A program made the translations under genes and the position numbers. A stretch of 64,000 nt of DNA, from positions 128,001-192,000 of the forward strand of contig CAVRAY010000001.1 in the NCBI GenBank assembly GCA_963719225.1, read 5' to 3'. Every line of letters begins with the position of its first letter. The stretch's first letter is position 1. Below the pieces are notes generated by a model. The model searched no databases. It worked only from the letters and a program-made list of their open reading frames with translations, and was not told the DNA's origin. Origin of the DNA: Thermoanaerobaculia bacterium. GTDB taxonomy: Bacteria > Acidobacteriota > Thermoanaerobaculia > UBA5066. Below, piece by piece: positions 21,638 through 32,621 of the stretch.

Positions 21638-22057
21638 TCAGAGGCCGAGAATTCTCAGGAGGCGTGCGGTGGGGTAGGCGATGAGAGGGAGCTCCTCGAA
21701 GTCGCGATCGTTGGACCAGATCGGAATTCCGAGCTTCAGAGCGAGCGCTGCCAAGGGGATATCGCTGGGATCGCGGTGTCCGAGATAGCTACGCGCTTCG
21801 GTGATGTGGCTTCGGTAATACGACTCGGGCACGACCTCGACTGGCAGCGCGGCAAGCTGAGCGCTGACCGCGGGTCGAGTGAGGCGGTACCTGGCCGCAA
21901 GCACCGGTAGTTTCTCCTTGGTCTCGGCGAGAGTTACTTCGGTGGTGACGACCGAAAGGGCGTCGGAACGAAAGACCCGTCGGGCAGCGCCGTTGACGGC
22001 GGCCGAAAGCAGAACATTAGCGTCGGCCGCGATTTTTCCCGAGGGCCTGGATGTCAC
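21638..22057 (-). CDS. PIN-domain (VapC-like) toxin
   Basis: Acidic PIN residues in DANVLLSA, E..E, RDPSDIPLAALAL and IWSNDRDF; start placed at GTG 22057. Confidence 0.85.
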   Translation of the reverse strand: MTSRPSGKIAADANVLLSAAVNGAARRVFRSDALSVVTTEVTLAETKEKLPVLAARYRLTRPAVSAQLAALPVEVVPESYYRSHITEARSYLGHRDPSDIPLAALALKLGIPIWSNDRDFEELPLIAYPTARLLRILGL

Positions 22058-22310
22058 GTTCGATCTGCGCTTCGGTGATCCCGCGGGCTCGAAGCTGGCG
22101 CGCCAGGCGGGCGCTCGTCTTGCGGTAGAGCTTGCGGCGTTCGGCAATGGAGATGCTCTCGTCAGGATCGGGAAGGGGATGAAAAACGCCGAGGATCTTC
22201 CCTCGCGCCGTTACGAGGACGGACTCCGTCGTCTGCGAGCGCTGAGGCAGCTCGCTGAACGGCACCGTCTTCATCGGACGTAGCGTGGCGGCCTTCATGA
22301 CTTTCCCCAA
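22017..22310 (-). CDS. Putative antitoxin
   Basis: Small basic ORF overlapping the 5' end of the PIN gene; ESVLVTARGK resembles a Phd-like strand. Confidence 0.6.
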   Translation of the reverse strand: MGKVMKAATLRPMKTVPFSELPQRSQTTESVLVTARGKILGVFHPLPDPDESISIAERRKLYRKTSARLARQLRARGITEAQIERDIQALGKNRGRR

Positions 22311-22344
22311 GGCTGAGTCTATCCCTCGGGAACTTGGCGCCCTA

Positions 22345-23466
22345 TCAGTCTAAGAGACGAGACCGCGCCTTAAACCACTCCCGGTCAACACCCTCTTCAT
22401 GCCTTTTCAGATAGGCGTCGCCCGCGGCCATCATTCCGACTTCCTTCGCGAGCTTCTTCACGTGTGCGTTTGCCCCGCTGTAAGCGAGTACCTGCAGTGC
22501 CCTGTCGCGGTCAGCAGCCGGTACACTCAGTGCGATCTCGACAATCTCGTCCTCGTGCCCCGAGATACCGATTCGAGCCACCGCGCCCCACGCGGTCAGA
22601 CAACTGTTGCAAGGGGACTGCCGGAGAAGCCAGAGAACGTCTGGCAGGAATCGCTTGTCCGCCGGCGAGTGCCCGAGCTGCCTTAGAAGATCCCCTCCAA
22701 GCCGCCCAGACAGCGGATCCTCCTGCCGCAGGTCGATGCCCCCGCTCACCCCTTTAAGGTTGGCAGTCCGCCGAATCAGGTCTCGGACGAATCGGACGCC
22801 ATCATCGCCGCCACTTCTCGAAAGCGCCACATTCACTGCGATCACGGAGCCGGCGTTCTTCTCTCGGGATAGCGCTTCCCGAAGAACTGGCTGCGCCTCC
22901 GTCAGACCAAAAAGGCCTATCGGCTCAACCGCACCCGAGTAGTAATCCGCCCGAAATAGTGAAGCGGCAACCGGGAAGTCGGCCGGTTGACGATATTCGG
23001 CCAGCGCCTCGATGAGATGCGTGCGCAGAGCGAGCCGCTGCCGTGCCGCGGCGTGTGCCGCCTCCGTCTCCCCTGTAGCTACCCTTAGGATTTCGCTGTG
23101 GCCGGCTTTTGAACGCTCCCGGCCAAGTGCGAGCGCGGCCAGGCCACGAAACCCCGGCTCCAGGGTGGGGTCCTTTAGCATGGCCGTAAGCGCCCTCTCG
23201 CCATTCTCCTTTCCGGCTCGCATACAGATCCTCGCCGCTGCGAGGCGCACGTATGGCTGTGGGTCCTCAAGAAGCTCGCTCGCAACGGACACCGCGCGTC
23301 CCGGGTCTATGCGGCTGAGGCGCGACAGTGCGGGCGCGCGCTCCGACTCTTCGAGCTTTTTGTCACGGGCCTTCGCCACGAGTCCTGTCGATTCGTCCAC
23401 GCCAATTAGCAATGGCAGCGTTGCCATCCCAATCAGGAACGTTAGGATCGCGACACTCCTGAACAT
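22345..23466 (-). CDS. HEAT-repeat-like hypothetical protein with an N-terminal hydrophobic segment
   Basis: LLEDPQPYVRLAAA-type repeats; codon usage is more AT-rich than the neighbours. Confidence 0.6.
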   Translation of the reverse strand: MFRSVAILTFLIGMATLPLLIGVDESTGLVAKARDKKLEESERAPALSRLSRIDPGRAVSVASELLEDPQPYVRLAAARICMRAGKENGERALTAMLKDPTLEPGFRGLAALALGRERSKAGHSEILRVATGETEAAHAAARQRLALRTHLIEALAEYRQPADFPVAASLFRADYYSGAVEPIGLFGLTEAQPVLREALSREKNAGSVIAVNVALSRSGGDDGVRFVRDLIRRTANLKGVSGGIDLRQEDPLSGRLGGDLLRQLGHSPADKRFLPDVLWLLRQSPCNSCLTAWGAVARIGISGHEDEIVEIALSVPAADRDRALQVLAYSGANAHVKKLAKEVGMMAAGDAYLKRHEEGVDREWFKARSRLLD

Positions 23467-23471
23467 ACCCG

Positions 23472-25109
23472 TCAGCTCTTGCTGATGAAGCCCCACGGCG
23501 CGGCCTGACGCGCGTGGGGATCGAAGACGCCGCGCGGGAGGGCGTGCGTCGGAAGCGCAAGCGCGCTGCCGGGCCGGACGACGGCCATCATGGTGTCGCG
23601 GTGGGTCTTCACGAGGCGGCGCACGCTCTCACCGGCCGCGGCCTCGAGGAGTATCGGCGCCGACTCGGGCCCCATCTTCGCGAGGTAGGCCTCCCAGATC
23701 GCCTCGACGACGGGCATGCCGCGGAACGTCACGTTCGGCATCTTCCAGAACGCCGCGCTCAGCCGCTTCATCTTTTCCTCGAGCGCCTCGGGATGGTCGA
23801 GCGGCTCGTTCTCGAAGGGCGTGTGCGGTTTCGGAATGAACGCGTTCACCGTCGGGACGAGGGTGCCCACGCGCCCGCGTTTTCGGCCTTCTTCGAGGAA
23901 CACGAGGCGCAGGGCGTCCACGAGACCGACGACGTCGTCCACGTCCCCGTCGGTCTCGCCCGGCAGGCCGACCTGCAGGTAGAGCTTGAGCTGCGTGATT
24001 CCCGATCGCGCGATGAGACGCACCTTCTCGAAGAGCATCTCGTCGGAGACTTTCTTGTTGATCGCGCGGCGGAGGCGCTCGTTGCCGGCTTCGGGCGCGA
24101 TCGCGAGCGCGCGCTCGCCCTGCGCCGTCAGAATCGAGAGGATCTCCTCCGAAATCGCGTCGATCTTCACGGAGGAGAGGGCCACGTGGTAATCGAGCGC
24201 CTGGAGGCCGCGGAGGATCGGGAGGATCTCGGGATGGTCGGCGACGGCCGTCGCGATGAGGCCCGCGCGCGACGTGAGAGGGCGGTTCCTGCGGGCGATC
24301 TCGAGCACCGCGTCGGCGGTCACGCGGACCTGCGGGGCCATCGCGTAGGCGGCCCAGCAGAAGCGGCACATCTCCGAGCAGCCGCGCGCGATCTCGATGA
24401 GGAGCTTGTCCGAGAGCTCGGTGTGCGGCGTGAGGAGCGTCGTGTGCGGCGGCTCGCGGAGCGCGCCCTCGCCGGCCTTGAACTGCTGGACGACGATCTT
24501 TCCGTCCTCCGCGCCCTCGGCGCGCGCTCCGTGGACGGCCGGCACGTAGAGGCCCTTGAGCTCCGCGAGGGCGGCGAGCGTGGCTTCGCGCGTGAGGTCG
24601 CGCCGGAGCACGTCCGCAAGGGAGGGGACGATCTTCTCGGCGTCGCCCATGGCGAAGACATCGACCCACGCCGCGAGTGGCGCGGGATTGATGCGCGCGC
24701 AGTCGCCGCCCACGAGGACGATCGGGTCGCCTTCGCCGCGTTCCGTGCGGTCGAGAGGGATGCGCGCGGCGGGGAGCAGGCGGAGGAAGTTGACGTAGTC
24801 CATCTCCCACGAGATGGAGAACGCGACGAGGGGGAAGTCGCCGAGCGGGGTATCCGTCTCCAGCGTGCGCGGCCCGCGCCAGTCGGCGTCCTCGTCAGCG
24901 AAGAACCGGTCGCAGGCGACATCCTCCTCGCGGTTCAGGAGGCGGTACACCCACTGGAAGCCGAGGTTCGACATCCCGATCTCGTAGGAGTTCGGAAAGC
25001 CGAGCGCAACACGCGTGCGCCCGTGGCGCGAGAGCGCCTCCGTCGGACGCTCATGGGACAGCAGCATCCGGCGGCGCGAGGCGGAGGAGGGAATTTGAGG
25101 GGAGGGCAT
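23472..25109 (-). CDS. Radical SAM protein with an N-terminal B12-binding-like region
   Basis: EIARGCSEMCRFC (CxxxCxxC); FPNSYEIGMSNLG; APEAGNERLR; PKPHTPF. Confidence 0.9.
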   Translation of the reverse strand: MPSPQIPSSASRRRMLLSHERPTEALSRHGRTRVALGFPNSYEIGMSNLGFQWVYRLLNREEDVACDRFFADEDADWRGPRTLETDTPLGDFPLVAFSISWEMDYVNFLRLLPAARIPLDRTERGEGDPIVLVGGDCARINPAPLAAWVDVFAMGDAEKIVPSLADVLRRDLTREATLAALAELKGLYVPAVHGARAEGAEDGKIVVQQFKAGEGALREPPHTTLLTPHTELSDKLLIEIARGCSEMCRFCWAAYAMAPQVRVTADAVLEIARRNRPLTSRAGLIATAVADHPEILPILRGLQALDYHVALSSVKIDAISEEILSILTAQGERALAIAPEAGNERLRRAINKKVSDEMLFEKVRLIARSGITQLKLYLQVGLPGETDGDVDDVVGLVDALRLVFLEEGRKRGRVGTLVPTVNAFIPKPHTPFENEPLDHPEALEEKMKRLSAAFWKMPNVTFRGMPVVEAIWEAYLAKMGPESAPILLEAAAGESVRRLVKTHRDTMMAVVRPGSALALPTHALPRGVFDPHARQAAPWGFISKS

Positions 25110-25178
25110 GGGACTTGCGGTCTAGACCCGCGTCGTCCGGTATTGTATCGGGACGAGAAACCCGGGAGGAGAGCGTCC

Positions 25179-27575
25179 ATGAAAGCAGCCGTTTCGAGAG
25201 TGGCCAGCGGTCTTCTTTTCGTTCTTCTTGCGGGTGTCGCGCGAGCCGCCACCGTCACGCCCGACCCCTGGCCCCGTGAGTTCACGACGCCGAAAGGCAA
25301 CACGGCGATCATGTACCAGCCCCAGTTCGAGACCTTCAAAGGGGACACGATGAGCGGCCGCGCCGCCATCTCGGTGCTGAAGAAGGGTGAGCCGGCGCCG
25401 AAGTTCGGCGTCATCTTCTTCACGGCTTCCGTCTCCGTCGACCGGGACGACCGCTCGGTCCAGATCCGGCGAATCAAGGTGAACCGCGTCCGCTTCCCGA
25501 ACATCACGCCCGAGAAGGAGAAGAAATTCGCCGGAATCGTCGAGGCGGAGGTCCCGAAGTGGAATCTCGTCCTCTCGTACGACCGCGCGATCGAGAACGT
25601 GAAGGTCGCCGAACGCGAGAGGAAGAGCGCGCAGGGCCTGAAGAACGATCCGCCGAAGGTGCTCTTCGCCGAGGAGCCGACGGTCCTCGTCACGCTCGAC
25701 GGCGAGCCGCAGCTCCGCGACGTCGAAGGAGCCCCGCTGAAGGTGGTCGTCAACACGGCCCTGTTCATGGTCCTCGATACGCGCAACAACCGCTATTACC
25801 TCTCGGGAGGAAAGCGGTGGTGGTACGAGGCGCCCGACGCGAAGGGGCCCTGGCGCTCGATCGGCGGCCCGCCCGCAGACATCGCGGACCTGGCCGCGAA
25901 GGCCGCCGAGGCAGAGAAGAAGATCGACAAGGAAACCCCCGCCGACGACGGCACCGAGGCGGCAAGCCCGCCGAGGATCGTCGTCTCGACGGAGCCCGCC
26001 GAGCTCATCGTCTCCGAGGGTAAGCCCTCCTTCAAGCCCGTCGCGGGAGCGGGAGCGGATCTCCTCTCGATGGAGAACACCGAGAGCGACGTCCTCCTCG
26101 ACGTGGCGACGCAGGATTACTACGCGCTCCTTTCGGGGCGGTGGTTCCGGAGCAAGGCGCTCGACGGGGGAGGGTGGGCCTACGTTCCACCGGACTCGCT
26201 CCCCGCGGCGTTCGCGAAGATCCCGCCGGACTCGGACGTCGGCGACATCCGGGCGAGCGTGCCGGGCACCGACGAGGCCGAGGACGCCGTCCTCGACGCG
26301 CAGATTCCCCAGACGACTGCCGTCAAGCGCGCCGACGCGAGGCTCGACGTGCAGTACGACGGCGAGCCGAAGTTCGTCGGAATCGAGGGCACGAGAACGG
26401 AGTACGCGCTCAACACGGCGACGTCCGTCCTCAGGATCCGCGGCCGCTACTACGCGTGTGACAACGCCGTGTGGTACGTCGCAGACTCGCCGACGGGCCC
26501 GTGGCTCCTCGCGGATTCCGTTCCCCAGGACGACCTGGAGCAGCTCCCGCCGAGCGTGCCCGTCTACAACGTCAAGTACGTCCAGATCTACGACGCGACG
26601 CCCGAAGTCGTGTACGTCGGCTACACGCCCGGCTACATCGGCGCCTACCCCTGGTACGGGACGGTCGTGTGGGGGACGGGCTGGCATTACCGTCCGTGGA
26701 TCGGCTCGACGTTCTGGTGGCCTCGCCCCTACACGTGGGGTTTCCACGCTCACTACACGCCCTGGTCCGGATGGGGCTTCGGTTCGTCCTGGAGCTATCC
26801 ATTTTTCCGCGTGAGCCACGGCTGGGGCGGCTGGTTCCGTCCGGCCGGCTGGGCACGCGCGCCCTACTGGGGCGGCGGGTACCGCAGGGGATGGTTCGGT
26901 CCGGGCGGGTACCGGCCTCCAACCGCCATCATGAACAACTACAGGGCCTCTCGCCCGGGCGGCGTCCGCCCTCCGGGTTGGAATCGTCCAATGGCTGGCT
27001 CCGGCGGTCTGCACCGCCCGCTCGTGCCGGGTCGCGCCGTGACCGGCCGGCCGGCCATCGGCTTCCATCCACCCGCGCGAGACGTCGGGGCGCTGAAAAT
27101 GCAGAACAACCTCTACACGAGACTCCCCGGAACGTCGCGCGTCCTTCCGAAGGCGACGTCACTCGACAGGTCGCGGGCGGTGACCGGCCGACAGAACAAC
27201 GTCTATGCCGACAAGAACGGCGACGTCTACCGAAAGACGCGAGAGGGCTGGCAGCAACGCTCGAACGGCACGTGGAGGAGCTCGGGCGGAGGGACGGGCT
27301 CGGGCCCGAAAACCTACGTCAAGCCGGGCGGACAGGGGCACGCGGTACATTCGCCCGCGCCTCTCGTGCGGCCCGCGCCGCGTCCGGAGCTGGAGCGCGA
27401 TTTCTCGGCACGGCAGCGTGGCGAAGCGCGCGCGCAGAGCTGGTCGCGTCCCGCGGCGCCGCAGGCTCATGTGGCGCCGCAGGCACATGTGCCACAGGCT
27501 CGTGTGGCGCCGCCGGCTCGCGTGGCGCCGCGCGGTCCTGCGCCGTCGGAGCACGGGGAACGGAAGAAGCGCTAG
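25179..27575 (+). CDS. Large secreted protein with a Trp/Gly/Tyr-rich region and a low-complexity Arg/Pro tail
   Basis: GGAGGAG RBS; signal peptide; WPR..YQPQ; VYVGYTPGY; [17 protein letters not shown]. Family not securely named. Confidence 0.75.
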   Translation: MKAAVSRVASGLLFVLLAGVARAATVTPDPWPREFTTPKGNTAIMYQPQFETFKGDTMSGRAAISVLKKGEPAPKFGVIFFTASVSVDRDDRSVQIRRIKVNRVRFPNITPEKEKKFAGIVEAEVPKWNLVLSYDRAIENVKVAERERKSAQGLKNDPPKVLFAEEPTVLVTLDGEPQLRDVEGAPLKVVVNTALFMVLDTRNNRYYLSGGKRWWYEAPDAKGPWRSIGGPPADIADLAAKAAEAEKKIDKETPADDGTEAASPPRIVVSTEPAELIVSEGKPSFKPVAGAGADLLSMENTESDVLLDVATQDYYALLSGRWFRSKALDGGGWAYVPPDSLPAAFAKIPPDSDVGDIRASVPGTDEAEDAVLDAQIPQTTAVKRADARLDVQYDGEPKFVGIEGTRTEYALNTATSVLRIRGRYYACDNAVWYVADSPTGPWLLADSVPQDDLEQLPPSVPVYNVKYVQIYDATPEVVYVGYTPGYIGAYPWYGTVVWGTGWHYRPWIGSTFWWPRPYTWGFHAHYTPWSGWGFGSSWSYPFFRVSHGWGGWFRPAGWARAPYWGGGYRRGWFGPGGYRPPTAIMNNYRASRPGGVRPPGWNRPMAGSGGLHRPLVPGRAVTGRPAIGFHPPARDVGALKMQNNLYTRLPGTSRVLPKATSLDRSRAVTGRQNNVYADKNGDVYRKTREGWQQRSNGTWRSSGGGTGSGPKTYVKPGGQGHAVHSPAPLVRPAPRPELERDFSARQRGEARAQSWSRPAAPQAHVAPQAHVPQARVAPPARVAPRGPAPSEHGERKKR

Positions 27576-27651
27576 CGCGTTAGGATGGACGCCGACTCCC
27601 CGACGGAACTTTCCGGGCCAATTCGCGTTTGGTGAGTGTGAGGAGACGGCG

Positions 27652-28095
27652 ATGTATTACGTGATCGGAGCGAATGGAAGCCAATACGGCCCGGTCGACG
27701 AGGCGACGATCCGCGCATGGATCGCGGAAGGCCGCGTCGCCGCGCCGAGCCTGTCCTTCAAGACGGGCGAATCCGGCTGGGTTCCGCTTCAGACCCGCGA
27801 AGAATTCCGCGATCTCCTGGCGGCGGCGCCCGCCACGCCGGTCGACGCGACCGTATCGGTCGTGCCGGCGCCGGCTGCGCGTCCCGCCGATGCGAAAGAG
27901 TGGCTCGTCGCCCTGCTCCTCTCGATCTTCCTCGGCACGTTCGGCGTCGACCGCTTCTACATCGGGCACGTGGGTCTCGGGCTCCTGAAGCTCTTCACGT
28001 TCGGCGGCTGCGGCATCTGGTGGCTCGTGGACGTGATTCTCATCGCCACGAACTCGCTGAAGGACTCGCAGGGTCGGCCTCTCGTCAAGACCTGA
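27652..28095 (+). CDS. GYF_2 plus TM2 domain membrane protein
   Basis: QYGPVD...WIAEGR...W; [19 protein letters not shown]. Confidence 0.85.
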   Translation: MYYVIGANGSQYGPVDEATIRAWIAEGRVAAPSLSFKTGESGWVPLQTREEFRDLLAAAPATPVDATVSVVPAPAARPADAKEWLVALLLSIFLGTFGVDRFYIGHVGLGLLKLFTFGGCGIWWLVDVILIATNSLKDSQGRPLVKT

Positions 28096-28098
28096 GCC

Positions 28099-28716
28099 TC
28101 AGGGTGCGGTGGCGGATTCGCGGGGTGCGGGCGGAATGCGCGCGCCGTTCACCGTCACCTCCGCCTTCCATCCGAAGGCCGAGGCGGCATCCGTGAAGAG
28201 GTCGCGGGCGTGCGCGGAGGACTTTTCGAGAAGGCCGGCGTCTTTCGCCGCGCGCGCGAGCGAGCCGCGCGCCCACTGGGTCCAACGCGTTCGGTCCATC
28301 GGGGTGATCGGATTGAGCCATCCGGAACGCTCGTCGAACCACTCGAGGCGGTCGTCGACCGAAAGGACCTGCGGCGCCGGGAGACGCACGAAGACGATCC
28401 GCCGGACCGCATCGGCCTCGACGTCGAAACCCCGCGCGAGATCGAATCCCCCCATGACCTTTCCGCGCAGGCGCAGGGTGGCGTTCTTCGGGATGTCGAA
28501 GACGAGGACCGTCTTCACCTCCTCGTAGCGCACGACGTCGGCGATCTCCATCTCGATCGTCGCGAGACGCGCGATGCGCCGCACGGCCTGGACCACGGGA
28601 GCGGAGGAAACCGCGTCGCGGCGGGTGCGCCACCGGCCCGTGAGGAATCCCGCCAGAAAGACGGCGAGAACGGCCGCGAACGCGGCGAGGACACCGAGAA
28701 TCAGCCGATGGCGCAT
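28099..28716 (-). CDS. DUF4230-like membrane-anchored protein
   Basis: N-terminal TM helix; LAT.E; G.V.GGFDL; LPAPQVL. Confidence 0.7.
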   Translation of the reverse strand: MRHRLILGVLAAFAAVLAVFLAGFLTGRWRTRRDAVSSAPVVQAVRRIARLATIEMEIADVVRYEEVKTVLVFDIPKNATLRLRGKVMGGFDLARGFDVEADAVRRIVFVRLPAPQVLSVDDRLEWFDERSGWLNPITPMDRTRWTQWARGSLARAAKDAGLLEKSSAHARDLFTDAASAFGWKAEVTVNGARIPPAPRESATAP

Positions 28717-28863
28717 CGCGCTCCAGCCTATCCGAACCGCCCGTTTTCGTGCGGCCGGTGCCCTGAATGATGCATTTTCATCGGCGTCGAGGCGCGGAAG
28801 CGGGCGCTAGAATCGGCACTCTTCCTGCACGCAACCCGTCGGGAACGACTTTGGAGGCTTGAG

Positions 28864-29808
28864 ATGAACGCTTTTCGCACCGCTCGCGCGCTCCTGGGCG
28901 CGGTTCTCGCTTTTCTCCTGCTCCCCGCGACGCTTTCGGCCATTCAGCAGGGCCGGATCTCCGGCAAGGTCACGGACGGCAAGGGCGCCGTCCTTTCGGA
29001 CGTCAAGGTCACGATCACGACGAAGGCCATCTCGAACTTCAAGGTCGAGCTCAAGACCGACAAGGACGGGAAATACGGGACGATCCTGAACGACTCGACC
29101 CAGACCTATCACTACCGCTTCGAAAAGCAGGGCTTCATGCCCGTCGAGCAGGACAAGAAGGTCCCGATCGGCGGCTCCGAGACCATGGACGTTCAGCTTC
29201 TGACGCAGCAGCAGGCCGTCGAGAAGGGCGTCGTCAAGCAGGTCGAGGACCCCTTCACGACGAGCTACAACGCGGCGGTCGAGGCCTATCAGGCCGGCGA
29301 TCTGGAGGCGGCGTTCGCGAAGTCGCAGGAAGCCATCAAGCTGGGATCCGACAAGGCGATCGCCTACAACCTGGGCGCCACGATCGCTTTCAAGAAGAAA
29401 GACTGGGACTCGACGATCGCGCTCGGCGAGAAATCACTCGCCCTGGAGCCCGACAACTCGTCTCTCGTCGGCATGCTTATGGACGCCCATCGCGCGAAAG
29501 GCGACAAGGCGAAGGCTCTGGAGTACGAGAAGAAGTACATCGCGGCGAATCCGGACCAGCCCGAGATCCTCTACAACCGGGCGGTCGAGCTCTACAACAA
29601 GAACGATTTCAAGGGCGCCGAGCCGCTCCTCAGGAAGGTCGTCGAGGGAAAGCCCGATTTCGCGAAGGCGCATTACCTGCTCGGCATGTCTTACGTGAAC
29701 CTGAACAAGATCCCGGACATGAAGAAGCACCTATCCGAATACCTCAAGCTCGATCCGAAAGGCTCGGACGCGGGCACGGCGAAAGAGATGCTCGAAGCCT
29801 TCAAGTGA
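28864..29808 (+). CDS. Carboxypeptidase-regulatory-like domain plus TPR secreted protein
   Basis: GRISGKVTD..G; TDKDGKY; TPR helices such as AHYLLGMSY. Confidence 0.8.
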   Translation: MNAFRTARALLGAVLAFLLLPATLSAIQQGRISGKVTDGKGAVLSDVKVTITTKAISNFKVELKTDKDGKYGTILNDSTQTYHYRFEKQGFMPVEQDKKVPIGGSETMDVQLLTQQQAVEKGVVKQVEDPFTTSYNAAVEAYQAGDLEAAFAKSQEAIKLGSDKAIAYNLGATIAFKKKDWDSTIALGEKSLALEPDNSSLVGMLMDAHRAKGDKAKALEYEKKYIAANPDQPEILYNRAVELYNKNDFKGAEPLLRKVVEGKPDFAKAHYLLGMSYVNLNKIPDMKKHLSEYLKLDPKGSDAGTAKEMLEAFK

Positions 29809-30422
29809 CGCCCTTCCTGATCGGCATCGCGGGCGGGACGGGCTCGGGCAAGACCACCGTCGCGAACGCGATCGTCACGCGCGTGGGAGCGGAGCGCATC
29901 GCGATCCTCTCCCACGATTCGTATTACCGCGACTTCGTCGACCTTCCGAAGGACATCCTGGACCGCCAGAACTTCGACCATCCGGACTCTCTCGAGAGCG
30001 AGCTCCTCGTGCGCCATCTCAAGGCCCTCAAGCAGGGGATGGTCGTCGAAACGCCGATCTACGACTTCAAGGTCCACCGCCGCGCCGCCGAGACGCGCCG
30101 GGTCGAGCCGCGCAAGGTGATCCTCGTGGACGGGATCCTGATCTACGCCGAGCCCGAGCTGAGGAAGCTCTTCGACGTCAAGATCTACGTCGACACGGAC
30201 GCCGACATCCGGCTCATCCGCCGGCTGAAGCGCGACATCGAAGAGCGCGGCCGCAGTGTCGAGAGCGTCGTCAAACAGTACGAGTCCACCGTGCGCCCCA
30301 TGCACCTGGAGTTCGTCGAGCCGTCCAAGCGATACGCGGACCTCATCGTGCCCGAAGGCGGCGAGAACATGGTCGCGCTGGACTTTCTCTTCGCGCGTCT
30401 CCGCGAGCTCCTGCACGACTGA
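29805..30422 (+). CDS. udk: Uridine kinase
   Basis: Motifs IGIAGGTGSGKTT, DSYY, NFDHPD and FVEPSKRYAD. Confidence 0.95.
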   Translation: MTPFLIGIAGGTGSGKTTVANAIVTRVGAERIAILSHDSYYRDFVDLPKDILDRQNFDHPDSLESELLVRHLKALKQGMVVETPIYDFKVHRRAAETRRVEPRKVILVDGILIYAEPELRKLFDVKIYVDTDADIRLIRRLKRDIEERGRSVESVVKQYESTVRPMHLEFVEPSKRYADLIVPEGGENMVALDFLFARLRELLHD

Positions 30423-30460
30423 GCGCGGCCGCGCTGGTGTCGTCCCCTACAATCGACCGA

Positions 30461-31735
30461 GTGATCCCGAGCGCCTTTCCGCCCGTTCCCGCTCAGCTCG
30501 ACCTCCTTCTGAAAGGCGTCGAGGCGTGCGAGAAGCGCGACGAGCTGGAGAAGAAGCTCGTCCGTTCGGCGAAGACGGGCAAGCCCCTCGTCGTCAAGGT
30601 GGGTTTCGACCCGTCCGCGCCGGATCTCCACCTGGGGCACACGGTCGTTTTCCGGAAGATGCGGCACTTTCAGCAACTGGGGCACACCGTCGTCTTCCTG
30701 ATCGGCGACTTCACGGGAATGATCGGAGACCCATCGGGGAAGAAAGTGACGCGTCCGCAGCTCACGAAGGACGAAGTCCTCGCCAACGCGGAGACGTACA
30801 AGACGCAGGTCTTCAAGATCCTCGAGCCACAGAAGACGCGCATCGCCTTCAACTCCGAATGGCTTTCGGCGCTCGGCGCCGAGGGCCTCATCCGCCTCGC
30901 CGCGAAATACACCGTCGCCCGCCTCCTCGAGCGCGACGACTTCGCGAAACGGTTTCGCGAGGGTAAGCCGATCTCGGTGCACGAGCTGCTCTATCCGCTC
31001 TGCCAGGGCTACGACTCGGTCGCGCTCCTGGCCGACGTCGAGCTGGGCGGCACGGACCAGCTCTTCAACCTGCTCGTCGGCCGCGACCTCATGCGCGAGT
31101 GGGGGCAGGAGCCGCAGGTCGTCATGACCCTCCCGCTCCTCGTCGGCACGGACGGCGTCGAGAAGATGTCGAAGTCCCTCGGCAACGCGATCGGCGTCGC
31201 GGAGAGCCCGGACGAGATCTTCGGGAAAGCCATGTCGATCTCGGACACCGCGATGTGGACGTACTACACGCTCCTGACGGACAGGACGCCGTCGGAGATC
31301 GAGAGCATGAAAGGCGACGTCGCGTCGGGAAAAGTCCACCCCAAGGCGCAAAAAATGGAGCTCGCCGGGCGGCTGGTGGAGGATTTTCACGGGAAGGAGA
31401 AGGCGCTGGCGGCGCGCGCCGAATTCGACAGGCGCTTCACGGGAGGGGGCGGCGCGGTGAGCGCGGAGGTCGTGCGGCTTTCTCCCACGGGCGAAGCGTC
31501 GGGAAAGGGCGCTGAAGATTTCTTAGAAAGGAGTATGGCGGATCTCCTCGTGGAGGCGGGACTCGTGACGAGCAAGAACATCGCGCGCCAGAAGATCCGC
31601 GAAGGGGCTGTGTCGACCTCCGCGGATGGAGAGACCTGGACGAAAGCGACGTCGCCCACGGACCTGCTGCGCGTCGGTTCGGGCCAGGGTGTCTTTCTTA
31701 GAATGGGTAAGAAATTCGTTCGGGTGACGCCGTGA
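30461..31735 (+). CDS. tyrS: Tyrosine--tRNA ligase
   Basis: Motifs GFDPSAPDLHLGH, GGTDQLFN and KMSKS. Start is probably GTG 30461, 7 nt after TACAAT. Confidence 0.95.
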   Translation: MIPSAFPPVPAQLDLLLKGVEACEKRDELEKKLVRSAKTGKPLVVKVGFDPSAPDLHLGHTVVFRKMRHFQQLGHTVVFLIGDFTGMIGDPSGKKVTRPQLTKDEVLANAETYKTQVFKILEPQKTRIAFNSEWLSALGAEGLIRLAAKYTVARLLERDDFAKRFREGKPISVHELLYPLCQGYDSVALLADVELGGTDQLFNLLVGRDLMREWGQEPQVVMTLPLLVGTDGVEKMSKSLGNAIGVAESPDEIFGKAMSISDTAMWTYYTLLTDRTPSEIESMKGDVASGKVHPKAQKMELAGRLVEDFHGKEKALAARAEFDRRFTGGGGAVSAEVVRLSPTGEASGKGAEDFLERSMADLLVEAGLVTSKNIARQKIREGAVSTSADGETWTKATSPTDLLRVGSGQGVFLRMGKKFVRVTP

Positions 31736-31787
31736 CGTTGCGAGAAGCGCCGCCGCGTTCCCTTTTCACCTTCTAAGAAAAGCAGCA

Positions 31788-32621
31788 TTGCAAAAACACA
31801 AGAGCAAGCAGGTAAGCAGCGGCAGGCGACGCGGCTCCTCGCGCGTCGTTCTTCTCGTGGGCGGAGCGGGGCGCATGGGCCGCCTCTTCGCGCGCACCTT
31901 TCGACGGAAGGGCTTCGCCGTTTGCGTCGCCGACCCGGCGGGAGTGCCGCCGGGCTGTCGTTCGGGGACGCTCGACGACGCCACGAAAGCCGACGTCGTT
32001 CTGATCGCGACCTCGCTCGATCATTCGGCCGCGGCGCTCGCGGCCATCCTCGACCGGAATCCAGAGGGGCTCGTCTTCGACATCGCGAGCGTCAAGGCTC
32101 CGCTCCTTCCCCTCTTTTCGCGCGCGCTCGAAGCCGGCGTCGCGATCGCCTCGGCGCACCCTATGTTCGGTCCGGGCGCGCGCCTCTCGGGTCGCGACTT
32201 TCTCGTCCTCGATGCCGGCGACAGGCTTGCCGCGCGCCGCGTGGCGCGCCTCTTCGCCGACGAGGGCCTCAAGATCCGGACGATGCCCGCCGCCGAGCAC
32301 GACCGCTGGGTCGGGCGCACGATGGGCTTCGCGCACCTCGTCGCGCTCGTCTCGGCATTCTCGCTCGCCGAGCTCGGCATCTCGCGCGCCGACGTGGACG
32401 GCCGCGCCTCGACGACGTTCCGCCATCTCCTCGCGCTCATCGGGTCCATCCTCGACCAGGATCCGGCGCTGACGCGCGCGATCCAGGCGGAGAATCCCGA
32501 GGCGTGCTCCGTGATCGCGTCTTTCGCAGAGCAGGCCGATGCTCTCCGGCATCTTCTCTTCGAGGGCGATGGATCACGGCTGGAGGCGAGGCTCGCCGCC
32601 GTCCGCACGGCCCTGCGATGA
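31788..32621 (+). CDS. tyrA: Prephenate dehydrogenase
   Basis: Motifs GGAGRMG, DIASVK, HPMFGP and EHD. Confidence 0.85.
   Translation: MQKHKSKQVSSGRRRGSSRVVLLVGGAGRMGRLFARTFRRKGFAVCVADPAGVPPGCRSGTLDDATKADVVLIATSLDHSAAALAAILDRNPEGLVFDIASVKAPLLPLFSRALEAGVAIASAHPMFGPGARLSGRDFLVLDAGDRLAARRVARLFADEGLKIRTMPAAEHDRWVGRTMGFAHLVALVSAFSLAELGISRADVDGRASTTFRHLLALIGSILDQDPALTRAIQAENPEACSVIASFAEQADALRHLLFEGDGSRLEARLAAVRTALR

Noticed and set aside
23514-25178. N-terminal 555 codons of the 1353-aa ORF
   Set aside because: Antisense shadow of the radical SAM gene; the real start is ATG 25179, which has an RBS and a signal peptide.
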